A stretch of 64,000 bases of DNA from the human T2T-CHM13v2.0 reference genome, Homo sapiens (GCF_009914755.1 NC_060931.1); one strand, 5' to 3'; counted from the stretch's first letter, positions 27,767-43,495 are shown. Numbers and translations are program-made. The notes: generated by a model from the letters alone, not told the origin.

Positions 27767-28497
27767 TGTAGTGGACACTGTCATGCACAGCCCAGATTCC
27801 CTCTCAATCTAGCCTGAAGGACTTTTGCCTCAGCTTTGAGAGTGCTGTCGGTGCTCAGCCTTCAGCTATTGCTATAGTTTGGATATATGTCGCTGCCCAA
27901 ATATCATGTTGAATTGTAATCCCCAGTATTGGAGGTTGGGCCTGGTGGGAGGTGATTGGATCATGAAGATGGATTTTTCATGAGTGGTTTAGCACCATCC
28001 CTTTGGTGCTGTCCTTGTGATCATGAGTGAGCCCTCGTGAGAGCTGGTCATTTAAAAGTGTGCAGCATCTCCCCACATCTCTCTTGCTCCTGCTCCGGCC
28101 ATGTAATGTGCCTGCTTCCACTTTGCTTTCCACCATGTGTAAAAGCTCCCTGAGCCCTCCCTAGAAGACTGCAGAACCATGAGCCAATTAAACCTCTTTT
28201 TTTTAATAAATTACCCAGTTCCAGGTATTTCCTTATATCAATGCAAGAATGACCTAACACATCTGTCAATCCCTAATGGGATTGCTTCAGCTGCAGAGAA
28301 CTGTCTCACTCAAGGTGCATGCATCTCAGCCCAACCCAGGATATAGCTCTGGAGCACCCTATGGGGTCATCTGAGAATGTGAGTGAGCCTGCATCACAGA
28401 ACAACATGGTACTCTGTCCGTTTCCTTTCACAGATGTTGATCCCAAGGACCCTCCTTAATAAAGGGCCTGCATGCTGGAATCCAATCTATGATGACA
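27767..28497 (+). mobile_element. LTR16-family ERVL LTR interrupted by an MST LTR
   Basis: tgtagtggacactgtc...cccagattccc; ttcacagatgttgatcccaag...ccttaataaa...ctgcatgc. Confidence 0.65.
27870..28261 (+). mobile_element. MSTA/MSTB MaLR solo LTR
   Basis: tgctatagtttggatat...tgaattgtaatccccagt...gagccaattaaacctctt...aattacccagt...ctaacaca. Confidence 0.9.
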
Positions 28498-29015
28498 AGA
28501 AAATTTCAATGGCTCCTGACTACCTGCTCTACCTTGGCTCAACCCTTCATCAATCCCACCTCTGAATATCTACAAAAGTTATATTTAAAATCTCTGTAGT
28601 TTAACTTTTAGTTTTATTGAAGTACTACAGTTTATGAAACCATATATAACTCATGGCTCATAAAGAAGAATGGTATTCCTTCCCAACACCCATCCCATCA
28701 CCTTCTGCCATTTATTTTTACATGTCTAAATAACATGCTTATGCTTCTATTTGTTGATGTTTTTCAGTTTTAGATACCTGTCAACTTCCTATTATGAAAG
28801 ATGAAGGTTTAGATCTTTTACACACACACACTTTTCCTGTCTTCATTCTCCTGAGATTCTTATATCACAATTTTCATGGCTTTTGTTGTTTTGATTCTAT
28901 ATAACATTATTCACAGCTGATCCATGGTGTATACTATGATTACATTTCTTTTCCTGTACAGTTTTGTTTGTTTTCCAAGGTTGTCTTATTTGCTTAGTTT
29001 TTATGTAGCCTTCAT

Positions 29016-29415
29016 TTCTATCATTTGAATGTATATGTCCCACACACACAAATTCTTATGCTGGAATTAAGACTCAATGTGACAGTATTAAGAGAAAGTG
29101 ATTAGGTCACGAGGGCTCCACACTTATATATGGGATTAGTGCTTTTATAAAAGTGTTCAAGTGAACTCACTAGGCCCTTTTGCCCTTCATCCCTTCCACC
29201 ATGTGAAGGCACAGTATTTGCTTCTTCCACCATATGAGGACTCAGCAAAAAGGCACCATCTTTGAAGCAGAGAACAGCCATCATCAAACAATGAATCCAC
29301 TAGCACCTTGATCCTGGACTTCCCAGCCTCCAGACTGTGGTTGCATAAATGTCTGTTCTTTATAAATAACCCAGTCTAAAGTATTTTGTTATAGCAACAA
29401 GAATGGACTCAGATA
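29016..29415 (+). mobile_element. MLT1A1/MSTC-D-like MaLR LTR
   Basis: gattaggtcacgagggctcc...caccttgatcctggacttcccagcctccag...gtattttgttatagcaac. Confidence 0.85.
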
Positions 29416-29842
29416 CTCTCACTAATATCTCTCCAAACCCTCCACCAGAATATTTCTTCTCAATATGTTTAAACATTCCCGGTCTTCAATGCATTTAATA
29501 TTTTCCTTCTTGGAGGCATTCCTCCTGAGGCTCTCTCTCCTCTTTTTCCAATATAGACAGAAGCCTTCTAATCCTGCTCAATAGTCCTCATCCTTGTGGA
29601 ACACATTTTCTAACAGCTTACTGTAAAGAGTATACAGGTGGTAATACTTTGAGATCTGCCTTCCTAAAAATTTATTCTATCCTCATATTTGAGGTACTTT
29701 GGTTGGATATAAAATTCTAGGTTCAAAAGCATTTTCTGTCAGAATTCTGAAGACATGGCTCCATGGTCTTCCAACTTTTAATGTTGTTGATGAGAAGACC
29801 CATGCTCTGTTGACTCCTGCTCCTTTGTATTTCTCTCTTGCT

Positions 29843-29900
29843 CTGTCTCTCTCTCGCTCTCTCTCTCTCTCTGTTTCTCTCTCTCTCTCTTTTTCTCTCA
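29843..29900. repeat. (CT)n microsatellite
   Basis: Imperfect ctctctct run. Confidence 0.9.
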
Positions 29901-30904
29901 GCTTTTAGGCTCTTTATATGGCATTTTGAAAATTCATATTTTCTGTTAGAGTGTTTTTTTCTCCTTGATTATGCTGAACATTCAACAGATCATTTTAGTC
30001 TGGAAACTTATATTCTTTGAACATGTCTTTTTGTTTGTGGGTTTGTTTCTAAAAATGTCCTCTCTCTCTCTCCCTCATTTCCTCTCTTCTCTTTTTCTAA
30101 ACATCTTTTATTTTTTGGATCTCCTGGATTTTCTTTATTTTTCTCTTCCATTTCAGTCTCTAGGTTAATTTGATCTAATTTCTAGACTTTCCTCAACTCT
30201 GTCTTGTAACTTTCTGGTTAAGAGTTATTTCTGTTCTCTTATTTTTAATTTCTGTGATCTTGTTCTCTGAAACTCCTTGTTTTACAACCTTCTGTTATTG
30301 TTTTATGAATGTAGTATTCTGTCTTACATCTCAAAGCATTTTCATCATGAGGATATTTTTTGTTTTCCTTCTACACTACGCCTTGCATTCATTTCTTCTG
30401 AGTTCCTTCTGATTTGCTTAGTTCAAATTCTGTCTCATGTTAAAAATATTTCTTCAGATGTCTTATGTCCTTGGCTGTCTATTTATATTCAAGAGTGAGG
30501 CACTCAAATGCTGATTGAAAGCTCTGTCACTGTCTTTTCTGCTAGTTGATCTCACTATTGATTGATCAGGTATGCCCAGGCCCTTTTGTAAGGAGACCCC
30601 AAGTGGTAATACCTTTAGATCTTTTCTCTTGGGTGGATTGTTTTACTCAGAGAGGAATACTTAGAACTCCTGCCTTGGACAGATAAACCTAACTACCAGC
30701 ATTCCAGGAAGCTGAATGGAAGAAGGGGAATAAGAGGCCTCAGTAAATTGGCTTTAACTCAACCTCACCATCAATTTTATCTGATGACTCTGAGTCTAGA
30801 GACTCTCTTGTACGACTTCTCCAGAGAGGAAAGCTTCATTCCTGCACTAAAGTCATAGATAGATACCTGAGTATGTAGACTTGTAAAGGGCATCTGGTAG
30901 GTCC

Positions 30905-31082
30905 TATTCTATTATTCTAATGCTGAGTGCACATTAATCTCCTCGGAAACATTTTTTAAAACTGATGCCTAGACCCTCTCCTGAACCATTACCTCTGAGT
31001 TTCTGGAGTGAGGTCCTGACCTGCATATTTTTTAACTCTTCTAGATGAAACTGATGCATACTGAGGATTGGGAACCATGAAT
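30905..31082. mobile_element. MER5-family (hAT-Charlie)
   Basis: gtgcacattaatctcc...tttaaaactgatgcctagaccc...ctgcatatttttta...ttgggaaccatg. Confidence 0.6.
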
Positions 31083-31132
31083 CCAACTGCATCTTATAAC
31101 AACTTTTAACTGTTTCTCCTATTGCCAGCCAG

Positions 31133-31822
<690 letters not shown>

Positions 31823-31863
31823 CACAATCTATAACAGAAAACTTCAGACTCTATTGCCTCTGA

Positions 31864-32315
<452 letters not shown>

Positions 32316-33444
32316 TTTATTTGACTCTTTATGGTCATGTCAGTGGAGTTTTCGGAGGAAGTAGAAATAAATTAAGTGTTTGATCTGTAAGTTTACCTGG
32401 TATTCCTCAAGAATGACATTGTTAAACTGCAACCTTTATTATGACTCTCCCTAACTAAAACCCTTCAACTTCTTCCCATGACACACAGAAAGAACTTTCA
32501 AACTTTTAAACCAGAACACCCATAGTGGCAGAGAATTAACATGTGTATTCGTAAGTGTCTGGGATGGAGTCCAAAAGACTCAACCACTTGCATAAAATTT
32601 CTTTGAAATCTCACATTTTATTTTTTAAATATATGCAGATTTTGCCCCTGTTCCATAATGGATCTGTTTGTTTTAATATAAGAATATTATTTTAAATTAC
32701 TTGGCATTTAAATTGCTTCCCTTTACTTTCTTTCTTCAATCTTCAAGTCAAATTGATGCTTTGAAAAACTGATCAATTTATCTCATTACTTTGTGTATCC
32801 ATGAGACACATACAGTTTAAGAGGCACAGCCCTTATTCTTAAGGTGCCTTAGTCCTATTGAGTCCTCAAAACTGGGCCCAGTAGCTGGCTTCTAGAAGAT
32901 AATATACTTAACAAGTGTTTGATGAATCAACTGAACTGAATAATCTTGTAGGAAGGGTATTATTTGGATGGGGAGTAGGGAGATAGGCATTTCCAGTAGA
33001 TCATTTAGCTAAACCAAGCTCTAGAGGGAGGAATGAACACATTGACTAGTGAGTGTCTGCTCTAGATGGTACCCCAGGCTGGAAGTTTTTCCAAATGCTC
33101 TTATCTGATCTTTTGCCCTGAGATTCCAGGGTAGCTGTGTCCCTGAATGAGCCTTTCACTGAAATAGCTTCACCCTAACACTCAACTCCATAGACCATCC
33201 CCCAACCCCATGGTCTCATCTGCTCCTCACCCACCTCTCCTCATTATTCCTGGGATGATTAAATCTATGCTACATGTCCAAGCCAATGCTAGAAGCTACA
33301 TGCTTGGAAGTAGGGCTGATCTTACACTAAGGGACATAGTCAGATGTTCCAACTTCAAGCACTCTCCTTTCAATTCCTTTCTTTTCTACTCATTCCTCTC
33401 AACAAAACTCTAACTGCCGAAGAAATATGAGTGGGATTGGATTA

Positions 33445-33778
<334 letters not shown>

Positions 33779-33879
33779 CTAAATTTCTTAGGTAGAATTT
33801 CTGAAATTAGAGCTCATGGTAGGCAAGAAAATGATATATGTAATGGAAATCTTTAGAAGTAATAATAATAGAGGATACA

Positions 33880-34050
33880 CATTAACTCATTTGATCCTCA
33901 CAACCCTATAAAGTAGCTACTATATTATTCCCACTTTACGGATCAGGAACCTGAAGCCCAGAAGTCACACAGTGAGCAAATGCTGGAGCTGAGTGTGAGC
34001 TTAGATGCACCTGGTTCCAGAGTTAGGCTCTTACTCATTATCTACCTCCC
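33880..34050 (-). mobile_element. MIR
   Basis: attaactcatttgatcctcacaaccctataaagtagctactatattattcccactttacggat. Confidence 0.75.
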
Positions 34051-34779
34051 GGGATAGAAATGTAGCATCCATCTCTACAGCTCCCAGGCTCTGAGATTTC
34101 ACCTGCCAAGAAAATTTCAAAATAATTTGGGGGAGGGTAGATAATCACAAAATTGCCAAGTTTATATTTTGCCAAATAAGCACATTAAAAATAAATCCCA
34201 TTATCACTATCATTTCATTTTTTAAATGACTTGTTAACACCGCAAGATGGGAAGAAGATAATCTCAGGATAAAAGCAGAAACTTAAAGGGAATAAATTTA
34301 GACTTATGAAAAATAGGACAGCCTCAACATTTTCCCCATTTTGCTGAAGACCAGTGGAAATTATCTGGGACCTACTGTGATCCTTTTACAGCATTTGGAG
34401 CCAGAGATTAGCTCTTCTAATCTCTGTGTTCTCAGGACACAGAGCTGAGTCTCTAGGCTGACATGGAGTGGAAGGTGGGGAGACAGACCCCCAGCTTCAA
34501 CCCTGGGAACATCACAAGGAGCGAAAACCTGTGTCTGCTCCTATCCAAGGCATTCTCCATTCTAACCAGGCTTTCCACACTCCCTTCAACTCAAAATATT
34601 CCTGGGTCAAGGGCAGTCAGTATGTAGGGGGAGGTGGGCGAAGAGATGGGGAGAGAAAAATTAAATCAATGAAGCCAGTGTTCTGAGTGGGCTGCAGACA
34701 GCAAAGGTCTAAAATTGCCTGAGACAGAGGAGGACAAACACAATTTGCTCCAGGTGATTGAGAAAACAGTGGGGCTTGA

Positions 34780-35085
<306 letters not shown>

Positions 35086-35199
35086 AAGGTTCTCATTCTT
35101 GTGCAGATTGTTCCTTTCTCAGTCTACTGTGTCATCAAGGATATATTCAGGCACTGAATAGTTAAAGGCAAGGATCTGGTCCTGACCATTTTATCTCCA

Positions 35200-36240
35200 A
35201 AGTATTTTTCACGTTTTTCCCCCAGCTGCGTCCCTGACTCTGACCCTCATCATCTCTTTGTTGGACCACTGAAGTAGCTTTGCTCCATGTCCCCATAGCC
35301 TGTCCGTCTTTCTCCAGACTAAATTTTCAGAAATGCAAACCTGTGATTCGCCTCCTCCCATCAGTATCTTCTCCCTTGTCACCCAAGGAATGAAGTTGAG
35401 CTCTCCCACTCAGCACACACAGCAACTCCAGCACATCACACACACACACACGCACATGCACCACACTGCACCACACACACACAAACACACAGTGTATGGC
35501 AGATGCACCTGACAGCAATAACTTAAACATACCCTGAGACTGGCCCTGTGGTCTAAGAAGAGTGCTGGTTTTGGAGTTCCAAGCTAAGAAATCCAGGAGT
35601 GGCCAGCCTGGAGCCTCATTCCTTATCTATGAGGGTCATCTAAACCCTTGGCCCATTCCTTGGAATGCAGGGCACACAGGGCATCAAGGCCCTTTATTTA
35701 GGGTTAAATGGAGGTTGCTAGGTTGAGGTTCCCGGGTAGAGGATACTAAGTGAAAATGCTATGTAAACTGCATGCTTTTTACAAACAGTAGCAGTTCTCC
35801 TGTCCAGCCCACTGCCACTAGTCTGCCCATATGTAAGGCTTCAATAAACCCTATGTCTCATTCACTGGCTCCAGGTCTCTTCTTTGGCCTCTCTGACATG
35901 GTTCCATCCCTACTGGAGTGAGTAGGGGTCTGACACAACACACATACACACAGGAACACTGCCCCAGCACACACACACACACACACACTACACACACACA
36001 TACAGAAAGCCATACTTATCCACAACATCCTATCCCACTCTTTGCCTTAAATTCAATACTCCAGAAACATAGAACTTCCTCTAGATCACTGAACAAGCGC
36101 CCCTGGGCCTTTGCACATGCTGTTCTCTCTGAATATTGCCCTCTCCCTTTTCCACCTAATTCTATTCACCCTTGCAGGCCTCACTCAGGTCTCAGCTTCT
36201 CAAGGAGCCCATCTGAGATCCCCTTCTGGCCACCACCTCT
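35200..36240 (+). mobile_element. L2 fragment split by a CA-rich tract and an LTR
   Basis: accctcatcatctct...; gggcctttgcacatgctgttctctctg. Confidence 0.6.
35493..35940 (+). mobile_element. ERVL solo LTR (LTR47-like)
   Basis: tgtatggcagatgcacctgacagcaataac...aataaaccctatgtctc...ggggtctgacacaaca; TG...CA ends; near-TSD cacag/cacat. Confidence 0.8.
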
Positions 36241-36292
36241 CACGTAGTCTGGGACACGTGGATGTGCCTGCATGCCTTGTCATGATGGCCTC

Positions 36293-36672
36293 TGTGATGG
36301 TTAATACCAAGTCTCAACTTTGAAGGATGCAAAATATTGATTCTGGGTGTCTCTGTGAGGGTGTTGCCAAAGGAGATTAACATTTGAGTCAGTGGGCCAG
36401 GAAAGGCAGGCCCACCCTTAATCTGGGTGTGCACCATCTAATCAGCTGCCAGTGTGGTTAGAATATAAAGAAGGCAGAAAAACGAGAAAAGACGAGACTG
36501 GCCTAGCCTCCCAGCCTACATCTTTCTCCTGTGCTGGATGCTTCCTGGCTTCAAACACTGGACTCCAAGCTCTTCAGTTTTGGGACTTGGACTGGCTCTC
36601 CTTGCTCCTCAGCTTGCAGACAGCCTATTGTGGGACCTTGTGATGGTGTGAGTTAATACTTAATAAACTCCC

Positions 36673-36706
<34 letters not shown>

Positions 36707-36746
36707 GTATCCTATTAGTTCTATCGCTCTAGAGAACCCTAATACA
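36293..36746 (+). mobile_element. MLT2A (MLT2A1-like) ERVL solo LTR with internal (TA)n
   Basis: tgtgatggttaata...gccaaaggagattaacatttgagtcagtgg...agagaaccctaataca; (TA)n at about 36676-36705. Confidence 0.9.
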
Positions 36747-37207
36747 GTCACTGTGCTCTGCTGAAGTCATGTGTCCACTGCTTCCTCCTTGGGGTCAAAG
36801 GTCATAGCGTACTTAGTTTTGCACTCTCAATGCCAGCACAGCACCTGGCACAGAGTAAGAACTTGAATAGATTTTTTGAACTGTATACTTGGATTTAGGG
36901 ATATGGCCCCTGTCCCCAGGAGCTTGTAAATTGGCTGGAAGGATGATACACCCACAGGCATGAAACATTCTAAGACAAAATACAGTGCTAGATTCAAAAT
37001 AACCAAGAGATAGAACACACGATGTTCCCAGCAATTAGAAGGAAAAAACAATGTGAGCTGACATTGCTAAGAGGTTTCCTGGAGGACTGAAGAGGAAGAA
37101 ATGCCGTGACAATTCCTCAGCTCCCCAGGACGGGCTCTTTCTGACCCCACTGCCCTGCACCTTGCCCCATGCCTCTGTCAGGCTGGCCTCAAACCCCCAA
37201 CGAACCA

Positions 37208-37372
37208 CGGAAGATGCAAAATCACACAACAGCAACAGCATCAGGAAGTTCCACGTTTAATACTTAACAACACAGGAATTTTCCAACTAACTCCGGAAGA
37301 TGTAAAATCACACAACAGCAACAGCATCAGGAAGTTCCACGTTTAATACTTAACAACACAGGAGTTTTCCAA
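37208..37372 (+). repeat. Tandem duplication, 2 x 79 bp with a 7-bp spacer
   Basis: 37208-37286 and 37294-37372 differ at 2 positions; spacer ctaactc. Confidence 0.95.
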
Positions 37373-39856
37373 GGGCCGGGTTATTGAACTTGAAATAGGT
37401 AAATGAATGGCATGTATTTATCTGCAGGCAGCAAAGATAGGATGCAACTCTTCCAGGAGGCTGGGGGATGGAGGAGGCGGTTCCAGGGATCTGTTAGGAG
37501 AAGCCCTCTCAACAGAACTCAGAGGGTAGAGAGCTTCAGGAGTGGGCATCCCCTCCAAAAGGCTCCAATGTGCATAGGGAGGTGTGAGGAAAAGCATCCA
37601 CTATCTTGCAATAACAATGGAAAATGAGTGCAAGAAACATTCAGCTCAAAGACTCCCATCCAATACCCAGGTTGGCTCAGCTCTGCGCAAGAACTCCAAG
37701 CAAACCGAAGATTTCATAGCCAAAAGCCAGAAGAGCTCCTCAGCCAAGAGGCTTCTGGGAGTGCAGGGGCCTAGGAATTGGGGACCACAAGAAACCAGGC
37801 AGAGGGCAGAGGAGAGAAGGGGCTACCCCAAGTCAAGGAGGGAAGCTGAGGCACCAGCAGCCTGGACTTCTAGCCACATGGGTTGGGAGATCCCCTGTAG
37901 TCTGATGTTTCATGGGTGGGGCTTCTGGGGTATGGTTTTCTAAGAATCTGTGAGCTTCAGAGACCACATCAAGGAAGAGCCCCCCCAGGAGTGATTGGTT
38001 ATTATCCCACACTCTCGGCTCCATCCCATGGTTGCTATGAAAATGCCCAAATGCCCTGAGGCAAGTGGGTTTCAAAGCACAGCCATACAAGGCCCAGGGA
38101 GTAGCAGCCAGTCACCTGCCAAAACCCTGCTCTGCTGTTGCCCTTCCAGATTCACGTAAAGCCTTGGAAGGTCAGATTTCATATGATGCCACCCCACATG
38201 CTTCCCCCACTGCAGCCCAATAAGGTGGCCTTGTTTGAGCAGAGAAAGGACTTCCCAGCCTAGCAGTTCTCTGAGCTTCATTCTCTTCCTGAAATGCTAC
38301 TGGCCTCAGGCACTGAATCATTCTGGTCTCCCTTGTGCAAACCCAAGCCAACCCTCGCCTTCGCTATTTGAATGAGGTTGCAGAGACCACAGCTAGCTGC
38401 ATGCAAAGGATGCAGGAGGTGGGGAGGTGGGAAGAATTCTGCTCCATCCAGCTCCCCCAATATGCACGTCCTCCCTCCCAGGAAGCTATTGCCTCAAGTC
38501 TTCTTGATATTGTTTGACGCTGAAACAGTGCTTTGTAGAAATGCTTGGAATGACAAGGATGAGAGAGAGGGAATGCAGAGATAGATGGCTCTAAAAGTCC
38601 ATTCCCAAAGAGCCTTTTGATCATTCTCTTGGCTCTCAGCTCCTTCACCCTTCTCTTTTTCTGTCTATCCCCTCCCCTATTCCTCATCCCCCATTCCGCT
38701 CTCAGACCAGGACCACAATTTGTATGCACAATCCTTCCCCCTTTCCGTGGCTGTGAAAAGGATGAATTACCTTCTTGATCTCAACGTGATGGCCCTGTCC
38801 AAGCACCCCTTCACCTGCTGTGTCCGTAATTGAAGTGTGGTCTCTGAATCTGCAGCTGTCACAGAGGACTTGACAAAGAGACCAGAGCAGGGTCCTGCAC
38901 ATACCAGGCTCTCCTTGGTTGCCTTGAGCACAGAAGAATGCAATTTTCCACACCCTGCACAGGTGGAAGGCCACACGACGTTCTCAGTCACTGGAAGTGC
39001 TCTTTAACTGGGAGCAAAATATTAGCAAAGATGCCCCCAGACTTGCTTTCAGCTGCCCCTCATCCCAGCTCCTGCCTAAGAAAATTCTGGAAGACTGAAA
39101 GAAGCCATGCTTGTCTTCCAAGTCTGAGAAACCCTTGGCAGCCTTAGCATTGGCCTGTCCTATGCCTCAGTTTCCCCACTTGTGATGTAGTTACTCCAGC
39201 AGAAAATCCATCAACAAGCAAATAACTGAAAATGAGGACAGGACATCCCAAAACCTCAGGTGGGAGGCTTTGCCTCATCTCCCATGCCTTTGCCTCCCCA
39301 TCTCCTATGGGCTGACTACAGAGACTTCCCTCCTCCACTCCCTGCCCAGGTCCTGAACTAATCCTGAGACAGGAAGCTTGTACGTTGGCTCAGTTTCTTT
39401 CTCCCCACTATAAAGTTTTCTTCCTTGGTTCCAACTCCTAAATCCAAAAATGGATACTAAGCAGGAGTTTCCTGGCCTCTGTCAGTCCTAGAGTTTGCCC
39501 ACAGCCCCACAGTCAGCTAGGCTCCACTGTCTTCCACAGCAGTGCTTCCTGACAGCTTTTGACCAGGGCCCAGGCTGAAGCCTGGGCTCTCATCCACCCC
39601 TAGGGTCTGTGCTGCCACAACGGAGCCTCCACTCCTAGCGCACAGCCTCCTCCCTACACAGCTGTGTGTGCAAGAGAGACTGTGGTTTGGTTTCCCCATA
39701 TCTGTCCCTCTATCACGGGCAGCTCTCATGCCAGGCACAGCCCTGTGCCCATCCCTGCTTACCCCATGAGGTCATGAGCAGATCAACACACATCATAGCG
39801 GGTTTAGGCCTAGGATGGTTGGAAGACTAAGTGAGACAATCTCAGTAAAACTCCTA

Positions 39857-40276
<420 letters not shown>

Positions 40277-41847
40277 TTAATGGTAAGGAAGCATCTTGAG
40301 CTTAGAGGGAGCAAGACATGCTCTGGTGTGTGTCTAGCCAGAATGTCTTAGCCCGTGGGGACAAATGCTCACTGACATTCAACGTACAAAGAGCAATGAC
40401 TCTGAGCCCCAGCCTGCTTAATCACAGGACATCTTATCTTTTCAAGTCTCCAGATATTCCTAAGGTCCTCAGGAATTACACCCACGTGTCCAGCACTTCC
40501 CAGTTCCAGTGGGCACCCCTCGCATGGTGCTCTAGGGGTTGGCATCCCAGAGCAGCAACTCTGCAGCATCTGGGTTATATCAAAGTTCACCATCCAAGGA
40601 TGGACTGAGAACACCCATCACGGTGCTGAGCTTATAACCCAGGCCAGTGGGCCCAGAATAGCTTCTCTGTCTGAGATTCAGTGCTGATCCATCCTCCATA
40701 TCCTGGGTGCCCAGATCCAGGGCTTCTCATTTAAAAGGGACAGTGATAACTCTTCCAGTCCTTAGGCCTTTGTGCTAATTTTTCTATAGCAGGGTAGTCT
40801 GTGCCTCAGTTTCCACTTCCAGCCCAAAGGGAAGATCAAACCTCATGCTCTTGCGTCCTCTGTTTCTATTTTCCTGAAAGCAGCTCCCAACCTCCCCAAA
40901 CTCTCACCATCATGACCATGTATACACTGACATCATTGTGTGTATAAGAAAAAGCAAGAATTCAGGCAAAGTAAAATATAATATTTGCCACTCAGCTTGT
41001 CCCTCATTCACTGAAGCCCTGCCAAGAACCATGCGCCCCCACAATCACCAGTAGTAAAATGTTCCTAAAAAGAACATTTATCTTTCCAGGCTTTACCTCT
41101 GCGTTGAGTCAACACTGCCGCCTCCCACCCCTACCTGGTTCCCCAGCGTGGGTGGAACTGAAGGGGCCATTCAGGGGGTCTTGCAGAACAAAGGATTAAT
41201 CTTCTCCAAAATAATGTTAAAGTTTTCATCTATAGCTAGGAAACAAATGCAAGCAATTTTCCAATGATAAATTTCCTGGCTTCTACACTCAAATTGTAAA
41301 AGTCTTAAAGCCATGGCACCCACTTCCATGTGACACTTGTAAATTTCCAGACCATGATGAGAGTCATGGGTAGAAAGGGCACCACAGAGGAGACTCAAGC
41401 TCCAGCCCCAGCCCTTTCTCTAACTGGCTTCGGGTAAGAACACTGTCCAGGTTCCTCATCTGTGAGTCGAGGGGATTCAGCTAGATTTCTAAGGATTGCA
41501 GAGCTCCAATATTCTAGCGTTGCGCTATCATTCATGATAAGTAATTATAACTAAGACAGGATTTGGCCTTGACACCAGCATCTGAAGCATACATGAGATA
41601 TCTCTGTTATTCTTTCCCAAAGCAGAAATGGTGCTCTGTTCTTGCAGAGGATCAGGAAGAGATGGCAGTGAGCCAACAGATGTTCCTGGAGTATCTACTG
41701 CATGCCAGACCACGTGCTGGGTGCTGGGGTACACAGTGACCAGAGAAGACATGATCAGCATAGAACTGACAACCAAAGAAGTTATGGCTTTCAGGGATCT
41801 TTCAATTGGTAGGAGAAACTTACACTAAATAAATGCATATAGCCATA

Positions 41848-42215
41848 GGTTACGGAATGCATCGCATCCCCCTCAAATTAATTTGTTGAGGCCCTAAGCC
41901 CAATGTGACTGTATTTGGAGATAGGGCCTTTGGGGAGGTAATTAAGGTTAAATGAGGTCATATGACTGGTGTCCTTATAAGAATAGGAAGAAAGACCAGA
42001 GCTTGCTATCTCTGCATGTACAAAGAAAAGGGGTTATGAGAGCACACAGAGAAAAGGCAGCCATCTGCAAGCAAGAAAGAGAGCTGTCACCAGAAACCAC
42101 ATATGCTGGCACCTTGATCGTGAACTTATGGTTTCCAAAAGTATGAGAAAAATCAATGTTTTTCAGTTACCCAATCTGCAGTATTTTGTTATGGCAGCCC
42201 AAGCTGACCAATACA
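41848..42215 (+). mobile_element. MLT1A/A0 solo LTR
   Basis: atgtgactgtatttggagatagggcctt...gtattttgttatggcagcccaagctgaccaataca; near-TSD ccata/ccatg. Confidence 0.88.
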
Positions 42216-43495
42216 CCATGTTTCATCAAATCCAGGACACTATTGACCTTGTGACACACCATTGTCTTATGTCTACTGAAAAAAAAAAAAGGGGGGGCCC
42301 TGCCAATTAAACACAATTACTTCTTATCACTTAGAACTCTTACACTTATTGAAAAACTCTTTTAGAATCATTTAGTTTTGTGTTGCTCTTATACAGGCAA
42401 AAAGGGGAATAAAAGCAAAATAAATTAATTACACTGTCCCTAAAACTTCTTATTCAGTGTCAAAGGCTTCTGAATCACTTTCCAACTCAGACTTGAAAAT
42501 GGCACCACGGATGGATGATGGATGAGGCTGTATTTTCTAAAAGTTTGCTCCACTATTGCTTCCAAGACTTTCTTCCAAGTTCTTGACATTCATCATACAA
42601 ACGGATGTTGATGCTTCCATGCTTGCCTGTGATACACAATTCTTGCACACTAATGTAACTGTAACATAGCTTGATCTCCTTGTGGACTCTTTCTTTCTTT
42701 GTCCTTATATTAATCTGCTCAGGCTGCCATAACAAAATGCCACAGCCTGGGTGGCTTAAACAACAGAGCTTTATTTTGTCACAATTCTGGGGAATGAAGT
42801 TCAAGATCAAGGTACAGGCAGCTTTGGTTTCTCCTGAGGCCTCTCTCCTTGGCTTGCAAATGACCACCTTCCTGCTGCATCCTTACATGGCCTTTCCTCT
42901 GTGCTCACACATCCCTTGTGTCTCTTGTTGCAAGGACACCAGTCATGTTGGATGAGGGCTCTATCCATATGACCTTATTTAACCTTAATTACCTCCCTCA
43001 AAGGCCCTCTTTTCAAATACAGTCACATTGGGGGTTAGAGCTCCAACATGTGACTTTAAGGGGGACACAATTCAGGCTACAACAGTCTTGTAAAGCATTT
43101 TGTTGTCACTTTGCAAGAGAATAGTGATCTTATCTTTCGAATAATAAAAAATTTGCTTTGCTTGCTAGCATCAAATTGATACCCTGCTATTCCGTTTTCT
43201 TTCTATATAAACTTTTTGTTTCGGTACCAAATTAGAGTGATATTGTTTTTTAAGAGGTATTCTAAATATAAACTAAACCCCAGATATGCAATGTCAATCA
43301 TGCACCTAACTCCACTGGAGGGACGACAACATAAGTACCCATGACCAAGTCTGTGCATGCTCAGACAATGATCACAGCAGTCAATGTGGCTGTCCAGCCC
43401 ACAGCATCATAAGATAGCATTTAAAAGTGAGACACATCCCCCTTTCAGAAATGTTAAATGTGGGGAAATGTGTGTGTGTTTTAGATGAAATATGG
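42216..43495 (-). mobile_element. TcMar-Tc2 (Kanga/MER104-like) DNA transposon relic interrupted by MLT1
   Basis: Inverted ends ccatgtttcatc / gatgaaatatgg followed by TA; the minus strand near 43100-43260 resembles a decayed pogo-type transposase N-terminus. Confidence 0.6.
42706..43084 (-). mobile_element. MLT1A/B solo LTR
   Basis: ggctgccataacaaaatgccacagcctgggtggcttaaacaacag...gacacaattcaggctacaaca; near-TSD gtcct/gtctt. Confidence 0.88.

Larger units (their letters stand above)
28600..30900 (-). mobile_element. Ancient L1 (L1M-class) remnant with an embedded LTR and (CT)n
   Basis: ttggttggatataaaattctaggtt...ctccatggtcttccaacttttaatgttgttgatgagaag, antisense L1M wording. Confidence 0.55.

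Noticed and set aside
37208-37372. Repeat-spacer-repeat layout suggesting CRISPR
   Set aside because: Only two 79-bp units with a 7-bp spacer, in eukaryotic DNA with no cas genes
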